Positions 30,332-39,459 of a DNA stretch of 64,000 nucleotides are shown piece by piece. Source of the DNA: Pseudomonadota bacterium. GTDB lineage: Bacteria; Pseudomonadota; Gammaproteobacteria; RBG-16-57-12. The notes below the pieces were generated by a model. The model saw only the letters and a list, made by a program, of their open reading frames with translations. It had not been told where the DNA came from and did no database searches. Made by a program: the position numbers and the translations under genes. The stretch spans positions 45,037-109,036 of the forward strand of contig JBFMHP010000001.1 in the NCBI GenBank assembly GCA_040752855.1. The letters run 5' to 3'. Every line of letters starts with the position of its first letter. The stretch's first letter is position 1.

Positions 30332-31747
30332 TTAAGCCGCCTGCCTAGAGTCTGAAAACGGAACTGAAACGCCGTAGAATGTTAATGTTTTCCCTTCTAA
30401 CATTCTCAGTGCTAGGTTTAACCACTTTATTCCTTCTGCATAAATTGCCACTGGTCGGCGTTGATGCGTGTAACTGTCAACCATTATTCCGTCTTCATTT
30501 TTGTGAAAGTGAAATGGCGGCATTGCTGTAAAGTGTGTTCCCATTACAAATGCAAATCGAATTATCCAATTCGGATCATTCTTATTCATATCTGATTTGG
30601 GATTATCTAAGTCCCAGGCGTCATACATCACTGATTTGAAATGGCTTTCAATTCCCTCATATGATAATGAGTAGGAGTGATTGTCATGAGGGATAACTTC
30701 AATACTCATTCCGTCATGATTTTTATTTATCTTTAGGTCAAATAGTTCACTATGAATAACGTCATACTGGCCTAAAGAGTTATGCCATGGTTTATTGTCA
30801 TACATAGGATCATCAGACCCTGAATCTTCTCCATTTTCATGGAACCCAATTGCCCTTGGATCTAAAAATTTGATTCCAATGTCTTCAGCAGTAAAGCTAT
30901 AGTCTTTGGCTTTGATGAATCCAAGTAATGCATCCGGATTGGAAATTTTAATGTTTTCAGTATTGGTATCACCCATTACTAGGGTGTGGCGCAGTGGCTC
31001 CAGAATTTGCAAGTAATTCGGGTTACTTCTAAATTTCCTTAGTAGCGCCTTGATATTAAGTAGCTTAATGCCATCAATATAGATATTCTCCGTATTCAAT
31101 AGAGAATCTGAAAATACGCTTGATGAGGTTTCTCTAGATAACTCTAAACGCTTTTCTATTTTACGGAAATATGACTGCTCTAATGTTGGTCCAGAAGGTT
31201 TTCGGACTCGATTGCTGTGAATAATGCCATTTAGTGTGCGGTATATGACGACGTATATCCGAGCAACCGCTTCAACAGGAGGCTTGTGCTTGCGAATAAA
31301 CTCGCTGACCTCATCACCACCAATAAATGACATCTCGTAAATTAGCTCGTTTACTAATTCAGGTGTTCCGTCATTTGTTGCGGAAGCTCCGTTAGTTGAT
31401 TTTGGTACTTTTCTCTCAATTATACTGTCGACATATGGGAAGTACGGTTTTACAGTTTCAGGTAGGTTTTTAAGGTAGTGCGCCTGCTGTTTTGCCTTTT
31501 TGTAAGGAGCTAGCATTACATCTGTGCCGTCCCTATCCCATTTTGCGGTGATCAAATTTTCACTTAATATTTTCCGAACGATAGCAGCTGAATTGCCCGG
31601 TTTCTTTAAGAAAATTGTTAAGGACTCACTTCCGCCAATACCAAACCCTACGATTTTCTCTCCTGGGTTCATGTATTGACTGATAACGTCATCGTTCATT
31701 GGGATGTCTTTCTTGACGCCCGTATCGCTTGGTATTTCATTTTCCAT
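30332..31747 (-). CDS. Protein-kinase-like fold phosphotransferase (APH/ChoK-like), low-GC island
   Basis: Has a Gly-rich loop (GFGIGGSES), a Lys block (AAIVRKIL), a catalytic-loop-like LVMGDTNTENIKI and FLDPRA (D-x-G-like). 471 aa. Confidence 0.5.
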   Translation of the reverse strand: MENEIPSDTGVKKDIPMNDDVISQYMNPGEKIVGFGIGGSESLTIFLKKPGNSAAIVRKILSENLITAKWDRDGTDVMLAPYKKAKQQAHYLKNLPETVKPYFPYVDSIIERKVPKSTNGASATNDGTPELVNELIYEMSFIGGDEVSEFIRKHKPPVEAVARIYVVIYRTLNGIIHSNRVRKPSGPTLEQSYFRKIEKRLELSRETSSSVFSDSLLNTENIYIDGIKLLNIKALLRKFRSNPNYLQILEPLRHTLVMGDTNTENIKISNPDALLGFIKAKDYSFTAEDIGIKFLDPRAIGFHENGEDSGSDDPMYDNKPWHNSLGQYDVIHSELFDLKINKNHDGMSIEVIPHDNHSYSLSYEGIESHFKSVMYDAWDLDNPKSDMNKNDPNWIIRFAFVMGTHFTAMPPFHFHKNEDGIMVDSYTHQRRPVAIYAEGIKWLNLALRMLEGKTLTFYGVSVPFSDSRQAA

Positions 31748-31953
31748 GCTGCACCTCCTTGTGGTTTATCGAGTATTTTTATGCCTTTAAAGACTTATTG
31801 TTTATGCTGTTGAGTTAATTGTTTTTTTATTGCTTTTTTGCTAGCGAAGAGGCTTACTCCTCGGCTATATTCTTTGGGTTTGCTCGCCGCTATAAAGATT
31901 AACCCGACGATGCTGTGCGCGGGCTAACCCTGAAGCGTCGATTGTTATTCTTC

Positions 31954-32913
31954 TTAAATTTCAATAACAATCTTTCCTCGGGTGTGGCCTGACTCGCTCT
32001 TCTCGTGGGCTTTGGCGATATCGTCTAGGCGGAAAACGCTGTCAACTTCAACGGTAATATCTCCAGAGTCAATTAGCTCAGAAATTTCCGATAATTGGTC
32101 TGAGTTGGCTTGAACAAAGCAAAAGTTAGCGCTTACTTCATGCTTGGCTGCAAGCTCTTTGTTTGGAATTTCTGCGATTGAAATCAGGCAACCACCTCTC
32201 TTTAAAGTTGCCCAGGATTTTTCTAAGACTTCGCCACCCATGGTGTCGAATACGATGTCGAAATCTGCCAATTTAGAGAAATCTTGCTGGGTGTAGTCGA
32301 CTACTTCATCGGCACCTAGACCCTTCAAAAACTCAATATTTCGACTAGATGCGGTGGTGTAAACGGTAGCGCCTGCTTGTTTGGCAAGCTGGATTGCTGC
32401 AATGCCTACGCCACCAGCTCCAGCATGAATCAGGACACGATCGCCTTGTTTCATATGGCCGATATCGTTCAAGGCTTGCCATGCTGTTAGTGTGACTAGC
32501 GGTACAGCTGCTGATTTTTGCCAGCTTAGTGTTTTAGGTTTGGCCGCGATTTTATCTGCCGATACAGTGATGTACTCAGCATACGCGCCATTTTTTGAAA
32601 GGTCCGAGTGAGCGTACACGGCATCGCCAACACGCCATTTTTCGACATTCTTACCAACAGCGGCAACTTCGCCCGCAAAATCCCAGCCTAAAGTTAGAGG
32701 AAGTGCATGAGGAATAATTTCAACCAAGTAACCTTCGCGAATTTTCCAATCGACAGGATTTACTCCCGCAGCATGAACTTTGATCAAAACCTCACTTTCA
32801 GCTGGTTTTGGTATCGCAACGCTTTCCAATTTCATTTGTTCTGCGCCTCCGTAGTTGTGAATTCGTACGGCTCTCATTTGGCCTTCATTCATAGTGTTCA
32901 TTGCATTCTCCAT
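31954..32913 (-). CDS. Zn-dependent/MDR-family NADPH:quinone oxidoreductase
   Basis: MRAVRIHNYGG...LIKVHAAGVNPVDWKIREG plus a GAGGVG NAD(P)-binding motif. The true start is probably the internal Met (MRAV, about 32877). Confidence 0.85.
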   Translation of the reverse strand: MENAMNTMNEGQMRAVRIHNYGGAEQMKLESVAIPKPAESEVLIKVHAAGVNPVDWKIREGYLVEIIPHALPLTLGWDFAGEVAAVGKNVEKWRVGDAVYAHSDLSKNGAYAEYITVSADKIAAKPKTLSWQKSAAVPLVTLTAWQALNDIGHMKQGDRVLIHAGAGGVGIAAIQLAKQAGATVYTTASSRNIEFLKGLGADEVVDYTQQDFSKLADFDIVFDTMGGEVLEKSWATLKRGGCLISIAEIPNKELAAKHEVSANFCFVQANSDQLSEISELIDSGDITVEVDSVFRLDDIAKAHEKSESGHTRGKIVIEI

Positions 32914-33009
32914 TTACGCCGTAACTGGCGACTTGATTAATTTATCCAACTAAAAGCGCGTGCTTTATTTACATCGTGGGAGAAGTTTAAACAGGAAAAT
33001 GCCGCTTGA

Positions 33010-33023
33010 TTAGACATCTCTAA
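33010..33023. promoter_or_regulatory. Candidate LysR box (TTAGA-N4-TCTAA dyad) in the divergent QOR/LysR intergenic region
   Basis: An imperfect T-N11-A-type dyad about 85 bp upstream of the LysR start. Confidence 0.3.
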
Positions 33024-33105
33024 CGCACTAGACTGTTTCCATATACTCAACAATGGACGTTTGTGTGCCTCTCTATTTCGTTACACAGTAGGTGTTTGGT
33101 TATCA

Positions 33106-34023
33106 ATGAACAGCAAACGATTAGATAGTTTGCCGACTTTGGTTCTGTTTGCGCGCATTGTTCAATATGGCAGTTTGAGTGCGGCAGCACATCACTCTGG
33201 CTTGAGTCGTTCTGCTGTGAGTAAGCAATTGTGTGCACTAGAAGAAAAACTCGGCATTCGCTTGCTGCAGCGCAGTACTCGCAGTGTTAAGTTGACTGAG
33301 GCTGGAAAGCAGGTTTTGGGCGAGGCTATGCTGGTACAGGAAGCTTTTAATAGGGTTGAAACCTTATCGGAAGAGCTGCAAGGCCAAGTACGTGGCCACC
33401 TAAAAGTTTCTTGTTCAGCAGGTATTGGTCGTGTTCACTTAGTGCCTTTGGTCAAACAATTCCGTGCACTCTATCCGAAAGTACATGTGCAATTATTACT
33501 GGAGGATAGATTTGTTGATTTAATCGATGAGCAAATCGATGTGGCAATTCGTGTCGGCCATCTTCCTGACTCCTCGTTAATAGCATTGCGACTTGGAGAA
33601 ATGACCTGGGTGGTTTGCGCAAGTCCAGAGTACTTAAGTAAAAACGGTACCCCAAAAACCCCAACAGACCTACTTCAACATGATTGTCTTCACTATCGAA
33701 ATAGTCAAAGTGCTTTTGACAATTGGTTGTTTATGGGGCCAAATGGCGAGGAGAGAATTTCAATTAATGGCTCCCTCTCAATTAATGATTCAACAGCTTT
33801 AGTTCAGGCAGCTGAAGATGGTCAAGGAATTGTTTGGATTGATAAAAATTCAGTCGGTGATGCGTTTGAAACCGGTCGCCTTGTTCAGGTTTTGCAAGAC
33901 TACTCCCTGGGGATTGGCTACCCTATTTATGCGTTATATCCAGCGCGACACCATCTTCCTGCAAAGACGCGAAAATTTGTTGATTTTTTAACCGAACATT
34001 TCTCACCAAGTATACAGCGTTAA
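33106..34023 (+). CDS. LysR-family transcriptional regulator
   Basis: N-terminal HTH (LPTLVLFARIVQYGSLSAAAHHSGLSRSAVSKQL) and LysR substrate-binding domain. Divergent from the quinone oxidoreductase. The ORF begins at 33061 but the conserved start is MNSKRLDSL. Confidence 0.85.
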   Translation: MNSKRLDSLPTLVLFARIVQYGSLSAAAHHSGLSRSAVSKQLCALEEKLGIRLLQRSTRSVKLTEAGKQVLGEAMLVQEAFNRVETLSEELQGQVRGHLKVSCSAGIGRVHLVPLVKQFRALYPKVHVQLLLEDRFVDLIDEQIDVAIRVGHLPDSSLIALRLGEMTWVVCASPEYLSKNGTPKTPTDLLQHDCLHYRNSQSAFDNWLFMGPNGEERISINGSLSINDSTALVQAAEDGQGIVWIDKNSVGDAFETGRLVQVLQDYSLGIGYPIYALYPARHHLPAKTRKFVDFLTEHFSPSIQR

Positions 34024-34309
34024 ATAGGAAATATATTTTCTTTAATATCAATTGGCTGCAATGGAATAGTTGAACATAATAAGAAAATCGACGCAAGAAA
34101 GTGGGATGGCAGGTGAAATGGTTACCCCATGAGATCCTCGTTTGTATTACTAATCAATGGCGGCTCTGTCTATTTGGGAGACCTTCCTGGAGTTACATTC
34201 TGATGTCCGCTTTTGAGGAGGTTCAAGAGTACTTGGTTTTTTCGATAACGGCGGCTATCAGGATAAACCTGCCATCTTAATGGGATGGCCAACTGACTGT
34301 TTATTAGTC

Positions 34310-35010
34310 GAGAACAGCCTTCCGCAGCTTGATTAATATGGGCACTGTTTGTTAGATGAAGTCACGACAGCCATCGTCTTAACTCCTTAAGCATTCACCC
34401 AATCCGTAATCCTTTGCGACATCCGCAACATGTCGCGGCGTTGAGCGTTGCCTCAACGCCCCCTCACGCATCGAGCAGCCTGCCAATCCTTTGAAACAAA
34501 TAACGATATTCGCATTTCTCCATAATTGGCACGGAGAATGCGAAGGCTCAGATACGCCGTGAATGTTCGAGTTTTAACAGCGGGCACAACAAATCGCCCC
34601 GATTTGTTGTTCGACACGAAGAGTATCGCCATGAGACACGCGTTGACCATGACCACCCTATTACAGGAAAACCAAATCTTCTGTGGTACCGGAGGAGTAA
34701 GCACCGCCAATCGCGCATACCGCTTTGTGCCGGCATTCCAGGATACCGCCACTGGCCGAAACTACGTTTCACGATTCGCCGACGGACGCGCCGCACCCTG
34801 TCATCTGCTGGAGGGGTTGCCGGATGAGTTGGTGGTTGAGCGTTCCGAACGGGGCGCTGTTACTAGAATCAAGGATTCAGTCGTCTCGGGCTTTCTTCGT
34901 GGAGGGCGTTTCTATACACGCGCGGAGGCGGCCCAGATCGTGGCCATCTAGCCTGGATTTCTTTGCGTCCTGCAATCGGTTCTATCGCTCAAAGCAAAAT
35001 TCAGAATTTT
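34310..35010 (+). repeat. Copy 1 of the segmental duplication. Contains the full small gene X and its downstream region.
   Basis: 34310-34380 matches 39132-39200, and 34826-35010 matches 39205-39395 (about 85% identity). Copy 2 lacks about 440 bp in between. Confidence 0.75.
34631..34951 (+). CDS. Hypothetical small protein 'gene X' (106 aa; an alternative start at 34526 gives 141 aa)
   Basis: ORF with an RBS-like GAAGAG upstream. Its 3' 40 codons are duplicated at 39205-39324 with mostly conservative substitutions. Confidence 0.4.
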   Translation: MRHALTMTTLLQENQIFCGTGGVSTANRAYRFVPAFQDTATGRNYVSRFADGRAAPCHLLEGLPDELVVERSERGAVTRIKDSVVSGFLRGGRFYTRAEAAQIVAI

Positions 35011-35169
35011 TGTTCCTATTGAATACTATCGCCGCTTCATAACACCGCTTCGACCCAACCTTCTTTCGCACAATACGCTCGGTAAGATCAACGGATGCTG
35101 AACTTCAATGGCTCTTCTGCAAATACCTCGCTTGCATTGGAGTATACCAGCCGCAACCCGCTGTGGTCT

Positions 35170-35187
35170 GCCACAAATACTTGTGGC
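35170..35187. promoter_or_regulatory. Perfect palindrome GCCACAA-atac-TTGTGGC (candidate enhancer/UAS site)
   Basis: Conserved as GGCCACAA-atgc-TTGTGGCC at 40845-40864. About 105 bp upstream of the -24 element in both copies. Confidence 0.5.
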
Positions 35188-35275
35188 CTGACCGACCGCA
35201 GTCGTCACTCCAAGATCTGCTCACGAGACACATATCCTGCTGATCTGAAATCCATTTATTGCGCAGAACGCATGT

Positions 35276-35290
35276 TGGCGCAGCGCTTGC
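35276..35290 (+). promoter_or_regulatory. Sigma-54 (RpoN) -24/-12 promoter TGGCGC-N5-TTGC
   Basis: GG and GC are 12 nt apart. The consensus is TGGCAC-N5-TTGCW. About 80 nt upstream of the CCP-like start. Confidence 0.6.
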
Positions 35291-35383
35291 CATGCGGTAC
35301 ACGTGCACAAACTCTTCGACTGAAGACAGCGGCACGAAGTTAAGTCTCAACTCACTACTTCAATTCAACTAAGGAGATTGATC

Positions 35384-37591
35384 ATGCGCACAGTCACCAA
35401 CATGAGAAACAATCCGAAGTTTCGATCTGCAAGGTTAATTGAACGACAAGGACGTTCAGGGGTACCTCGGCATCGGTCTTTGGCCAAGACTGTCGGCGCG
35501 CTGGCCGTTGCCCTGTTGTGTGGTACTGCTACGGCCGCTGTCGATGATCGCGATTCTGGTCTCGGCGCCCCGCAGTTGCGTCAATTCGTCGATCAGCAAG
35601 TCGGCGGAATCCAGAAGTTGATGGTTCCAGCAAAGAATGAAGACCTGCCACAGCCACTGGGCACGGACGGAAAGCCGGACCCGCGTTTCAAGACCACCGA
35701 GGCGAAGCGTTATCTCGGCAAACAGCTTTTCCATGACCCGGACCGGATGGTCAGGATCGATCCCGCGTTCGGCGGCCTCCCGGAAACGGCACGGACCGCC
35801 TCTTGCGGTACTTGTCACCTGGGCGAGGCGGCCTCCAAAGCCGGCACCCTGTTCAACTTCGCCGTGGGTGGCGAGGGACGCGGCTACACCGACGCGAAGG
35901 GGAACTTCATTGCACGCAGGCGCCCCGACCTTGCCATTCTCCCGATGCTGCGACAGACGCCCTTGTTTCCCGGTGACGCGCTGGTGGATGAGCTACCCAC
36001 CCTCCAGGACGTCTACCGCGACAAGAACACGGGAGAAATCGTTGCCGGCAGCCCCGCCTTGCAGCGCAAGCTCGATCGTAGTGTTTTTGATCTGATCGCA
36101 ACCGGCCGGCTCGACGCCTTAGACAGCGTCGGGCGCAACGCGCCGAGCGTGCTCGGCGCCGCCTTCAACAACCGTCTGTTGCAGGGCGGCTTCGCAGGCG
36201 AGCCCGACTCCGCACCCGGGGGCTTGAACCCGTTCGGGTTTGTGGCGCAAGAAAGCGTGGCACTCTTGCTGCTCGACGCTCACCGGCTGCTCGAAAAACA
36301 GGCCAGCGAACTCGAGAAATTCGCTACATTCCGGCTATTGTTCCGCCAGGCGTTCCCCGAGGAAGCCGCCCAGGCGCCCGGCTGCGTGCCCGAGTCTCCG
36401 CCTGCTCAAGGTGCTTGTGACGCCCTGATCAACGACATGACCGCCTTGCGGGCGACGGCGACGTTCATGCGAACCGTGGTCACTCGCAACACGCCGTGGG
36501 ACAAGTTCTTGGCTGGAGACAACAGCGCGCTCACAGATAAACAGCGGCGCGGGGCCAAGCTCTTTTTCACCAAGGCGGAGGATGGCGGCGCGGGTTGCTT
36601 TACTTGCCACAGCGGACCGATGCTCAACAAGCAGCCTAACGACCCCGATGTGGCGGGTATGGGTCAGTTCGTGGAAGAAAACTTCTTCAACCTCGGGCTC
36701 GCCGATCATCCGTTGCAGGCGCTGAATCGCACGGTGAGAGGGCCAGGTTTCCGCGACGATGGAAGAAGGGAAATCACCGGCAAAGACAGCGATGCCTTCA
36801 AGTTCCGCGTGTTGACCTTGCGGCAGTTGAAGGATGGCCGTTTCTTCTTCCACAACGGCTCGTTCACGAGCGTCAGGGACGTGGTGCAGTACTTCAACGC
36901 CGGTGTCCCACAGGACGCAGTGGCCGCCGCCGCGGGTACGCTGACACCGCGCTTCACCAATCCCCGCGGAGCCGGCTCGCTCCCCGGGCTAGGCTTGAGC
37001 GAGCGTCAAGTGGATGATCTCACCGACTTCCTCGAGAACGCGCTCTACGATCCAGCGTTCGTGAAGTTCGATCCGAACTCGACCACGGACACGTTCGAGC
37101 TCAACGCGCGCGACACGACCTACTCGAAGTACCGTCCGGATCTGGTGGCGGCCGGCAACACTGACGGCCACCCGATGATTGACGGCCGATCTGTGAGCGG
37201 AAAGCCGCAGAATAACGACGACCCGCTGTCTCGACGCGACATGGGAATGGAGTTCCTGGACGTGACCGCCCAGGCGGTCATCGCACTGGCCGAGTCGAAC
37301 ACCCGACGCGGAGGTCTTCAGCAGGAAGATGTCTACAAGATCACCAACAACAGTACCTCGATCATAGACACCCACCTGCTCGTGATCGCCCGCGGTCTGT
37401 CGCCGAACGTCCGGCTGGAAAACCGCAGTGGAGTCAGCAAAGCCGGCGATCCGTATCTGCGTGTGTTCTTGCCCGATGGCGTCCTGATGCCTGGCCAGAG
37501 CATCGACGTGACGTTGGTCTTCCAGAAGCCGCTCAAGGCGCCGCCGGCGCAATACTCGCTCACGCTGCTGTCGGGACAGGGCAACCCGTGA
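35384..37591 (+). CDS. Di-haem cytochrome c peroxidase / MauG-family protein with long C-terminal beta-rich extension (737 aa)
   Basis: Two CxxCH haem motifs (SCGTCHLGE and GCFTCHSGP) in CCP-like context. Start set at 35384 (AAGGAG-N7-ATG). The ORF begins at 35378. Confidence 0.75.
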   Translation: MRTVTNMRNNPKFRSARLIERQGRSGVPRHRSLAKTVGALAVALLCGTATAAVDDRDSGLGAPQLRQFVDQQVGGIQKLMVPAKNEDLPQPLGTDGKPDPRFKTTEAKRYLGKQLFHDPDRMVRIDPAFGGLPETARTASCGTCHLGEAASKAGTLFNFAVGGEGRGYTDAKGNFIARRRPDLAILPMLRQTPLFPGDALVDELPTLQDVYRDKNTGEIVAGSPALQRKLDRSVFDLIATGRLDALDSVGRNAPSVLGAAFNNRLLQGGFAGEPDSAPGGLNPFGFVAQESVALLLLDAHRLLEKQASELEKFATFRLLFRQAFPEEAAQAPGCVPESPPAQGACDALINDMTALRATATFMRTVVTRNTPWDKFLAGDNSALTDKQRRGAKLFFTKAEDGGAGCFTCHSGPMLNKQPNDPDVAGMGQFVEENFFNLGLADHPLQALNRTVRGPGFRDDGRREITGKDSDAFKFRVLTLRQLKDGRFFFHNGSFTSVRDVVQYFNAGVPQDAVAAAAGTLTPRFTNPRGAGSLPGLGLSERQVDDLTDFLENALYDPAFVKFDPNSTTDTFELNARDTTYSKYRPDLVAAGNTDGHPMIDGRSVSGKPQNNDDPLSRRDMGMEFLDVTAQAVIALAESNTRRGGLQQEDVYKITNNSTSIIDTHLLVIARGLSPNVRLENRSGVSKAGDPYLRVFLPDGVLMPGQSIDVTLVFQKPLKAPPAQYSLTLLSGQGNP

Positions 37592-37611
37592 CAGGTGCTT
37601 GAGAGTAACGC

Positions 37612-37642
37612 CCGCCAACCCGGAGCCCGCCTTCGCGCGGGC
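37612..37642 (+). terminator. GC-rich hairpin (CCGGAGCCCGC-cttc-GCGGGCTCCGG) after the CCP-like gene
   Basis: 11-bp perfect stem 20 nt after the stop. Weak T-tract. Confidence 0.4.
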
Positions 37643-38166
37643 TCCGGGGATTAAAGAAAGCCTTTATCTACTGAAACGTTCATTCTGAATTTCTGCAAAC
37701 AGGAAGATGAAGCAACAGAACAATCTCGCTGGTGACGAAGATTTGATCAACTGCGCCAGCGGCGAAACTAATTAAAGGGCTTTGGCCCCTAAAGTCAGGA
37801 TGGCGCTCACTTGGGCGCGAACTTTGGATTGCCGAAAACAACGGGTTATCGATCGCACTAAGACGTTGTCGGCGATCTTGACGGTGGATATTTGTGCTTT
37901 CGCGGTGACCAATTGCCAGACAAATTGAGGATACCCACCAGTCTATTTATTGTGTCTCCTTAGTTTATTGCGTCGTTCTCAGGTTGTTTATTGCGATTTT
38001 TTTGGTAGTTGGCTTGTTAATGATTGCAGAACGCTCGAGCGGCATGGGCCGACTATACTAAGTTCTCTACACACAGCGCGCTATCGGACGATTTCTTCGC
38101 CGCACCGCGGCACATTACCAGGCAGGCAGTTGTCGGAGTCCCTCAATCATGAAGGAGACATATATC

Positions 38167-39006
38167 ATGCACACGATAAGCGGAAGGTTCGGCTTCAGGC
38201 CAATCACTATTGTGTCGTCTATTTTGTGTTTGTTGGTCGTCTTTCTGATCCCTTTGGGTGGCCCTGGCTTAGCGGCCGCTGCCCCGGAAAGTTGGACAGG
38301 ACACCGAGGTAAAATTCCTTTCAGCAAAGCCAAGATGATCATCGAGTTCAATTCCACCGCTAACGAGGGCGTGGGTGATGTGGGTGTCCAGGTGTTACTC
38401 GACGGAGAACCCTGGCAGTCGCTTAAGATCGAAGACCCTGACGAGCGTACGATTCTGAATATCAGGGCCAACAGTAGCTTGAGGAAGCAAGGGCTTACCG
38501 AACTGTTTTTCGAGAGTTCCGAGCCGTCATTGGATGAGACTCCGCTCGCGGATTTTCTGGCCCGTTTTCCAGAGGGAAATTACGAGTTCGAGGGAAGAAC
38601 GATCGACGGACAGCAGATTGAAGGAGTGGCGACATTCACACATATCATTCCAGCTGGGCCGGTTATTGTCTCGCCAGAGGAGGGTGATACAGTGGACGTT
38701 ACTGAGCCCCTGAGTATCCGTTGGGAGACGGTGACTAGTAAGGTCGAAGGTTCTGGCGAAGGCGACCTTGAAATTGTCGGCTACGAGGTGATCGTCGAAC
38801 GAACGGATAATGACGAACTCGGCGCTGCCCCGCGCACATTTGACATCAAGCTCGCGGCCACTTCGGCGCCAGTCCAAAGCGCAACGGTTCCGCCGGAATT
38901 TCTCGAACCAGGCCGCGAGTACAAGTTTGAGGTATTGGCGATCGAGAAAGGTGGCAATCAGACTATCTCGGAGGGTGGACCCTTCATGACCAACGCGACG
39001 CCCTAA
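38167..39006 (+). CDS. Secreted hypothetical protein with two beta-sandwich-like halves, downstream of the CCP-like gene
   Basis: GAAGGAG RBS 7 nt before ATG 38167. Has a signal peptide (ITIVSSILCLLVVFLIPLGGPGLAAAAP). The mature part has no Cys. Confidence 0.55.
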   Translation: MHTISGRFGFRPITIVSSILCLLVVFLIPLGGPGLAAAAPESWTGHRGKIPFSKAKMIIEFNSTANEGVGDVGVQVLLDGEPWQSLKIEDPDERTILNIRANSSLRKQGLTELFFESSEPSLDETPLADFLARFPEGNYEFEGRTIDGQQIEGVATFTHIIPAGPVIVSPEEGDTVDVTEPLSIRWETVTSKVEGSGEGDLEIVGYEVIVERTDNDELGAAPRTFDIKLAATSAPVQSATVPPEFLEPGREYKFEVLAIEKGGNQTISEGGPFMTNATP

Positions 39007-39131
39007 AATGCCGTAATACTTGCTCCGCCCGATCGTGCCCCTTTTAGCCTTGGCGGGCAACGACAACCGGGGGTACGAAGCGCATCAAGCGAGAAAAATT
39101 TTGTGAACGCAATACATTTGAATCCGCAGCT

Positions 39132-39395
39132 GAGAACAGCCTTCCGCAGCTTAATTAATTTGTCAGCTGAAATTACGACAGCCAATGTCTTAAATTCTTT
39201 CGGTGGTTGAGCGTTCCGAACGGGGTGCTGTTACCAGAATCAGGGATTCAGTCATCTCGGAATTTCTTCGTGGAGGGCGTTTTTATACACGCACGGAGGC
39301 GGCCCGGATCGTGGCCGTCTAGCCCGCATTTCTTTATGTCCTGCAATCAGCTTTACCGCTCAAAGCAAGATTCAGAATTTTGGTTCCAATTAAAC
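39132..39395 (+). repeat. Copy 2 of the segmental duplication (deletion derivative of 34310-35010)
   Basis: Collinear with copy 1 except for an internal about-440-bp deletion that removes the gene X promoter and 5' two-thirds. Confidence 0.75.
39205..39324 (+). pseudogene. 3' remnant of gene X (encodes VVERSERGAVTRIRDSVISEFLRGGRFYTRTEAARIVAV*)
   Basis: In-frame homolog of the last 40 codons of 34631-34951. The N-terminal part is absent. Confidence 0.6.
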
Positions 39396-39459
39396 AGCAA
39401 AAGTAATAATGGGCCATGCGACATCAGTGCAAACCACTACGCGGTACCCCGCTCTAAAA

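Larger units (their letters stand above)
35147..35395 (+). promoter_or_regulatory. Leader copy 1: conserved about-250-bp upstream region containing a UAS palindrome, a sigma-54 promoter, an RBS and the start codon
   Basis: About 80% identical to 40821-41071, including AAGGAG-N7-ATG and the first codons (MRT..). Confidence 0.75.

Noticed and set aside
34526-34630. Longer 141-aa version of gene X starting at 34526
   Set aside because: Cannot be excluded. The Met at 34631 has a better purine-rich RBS-like sequence. Neither start is homology-supported, so the shorter call was used and confidence kept low.
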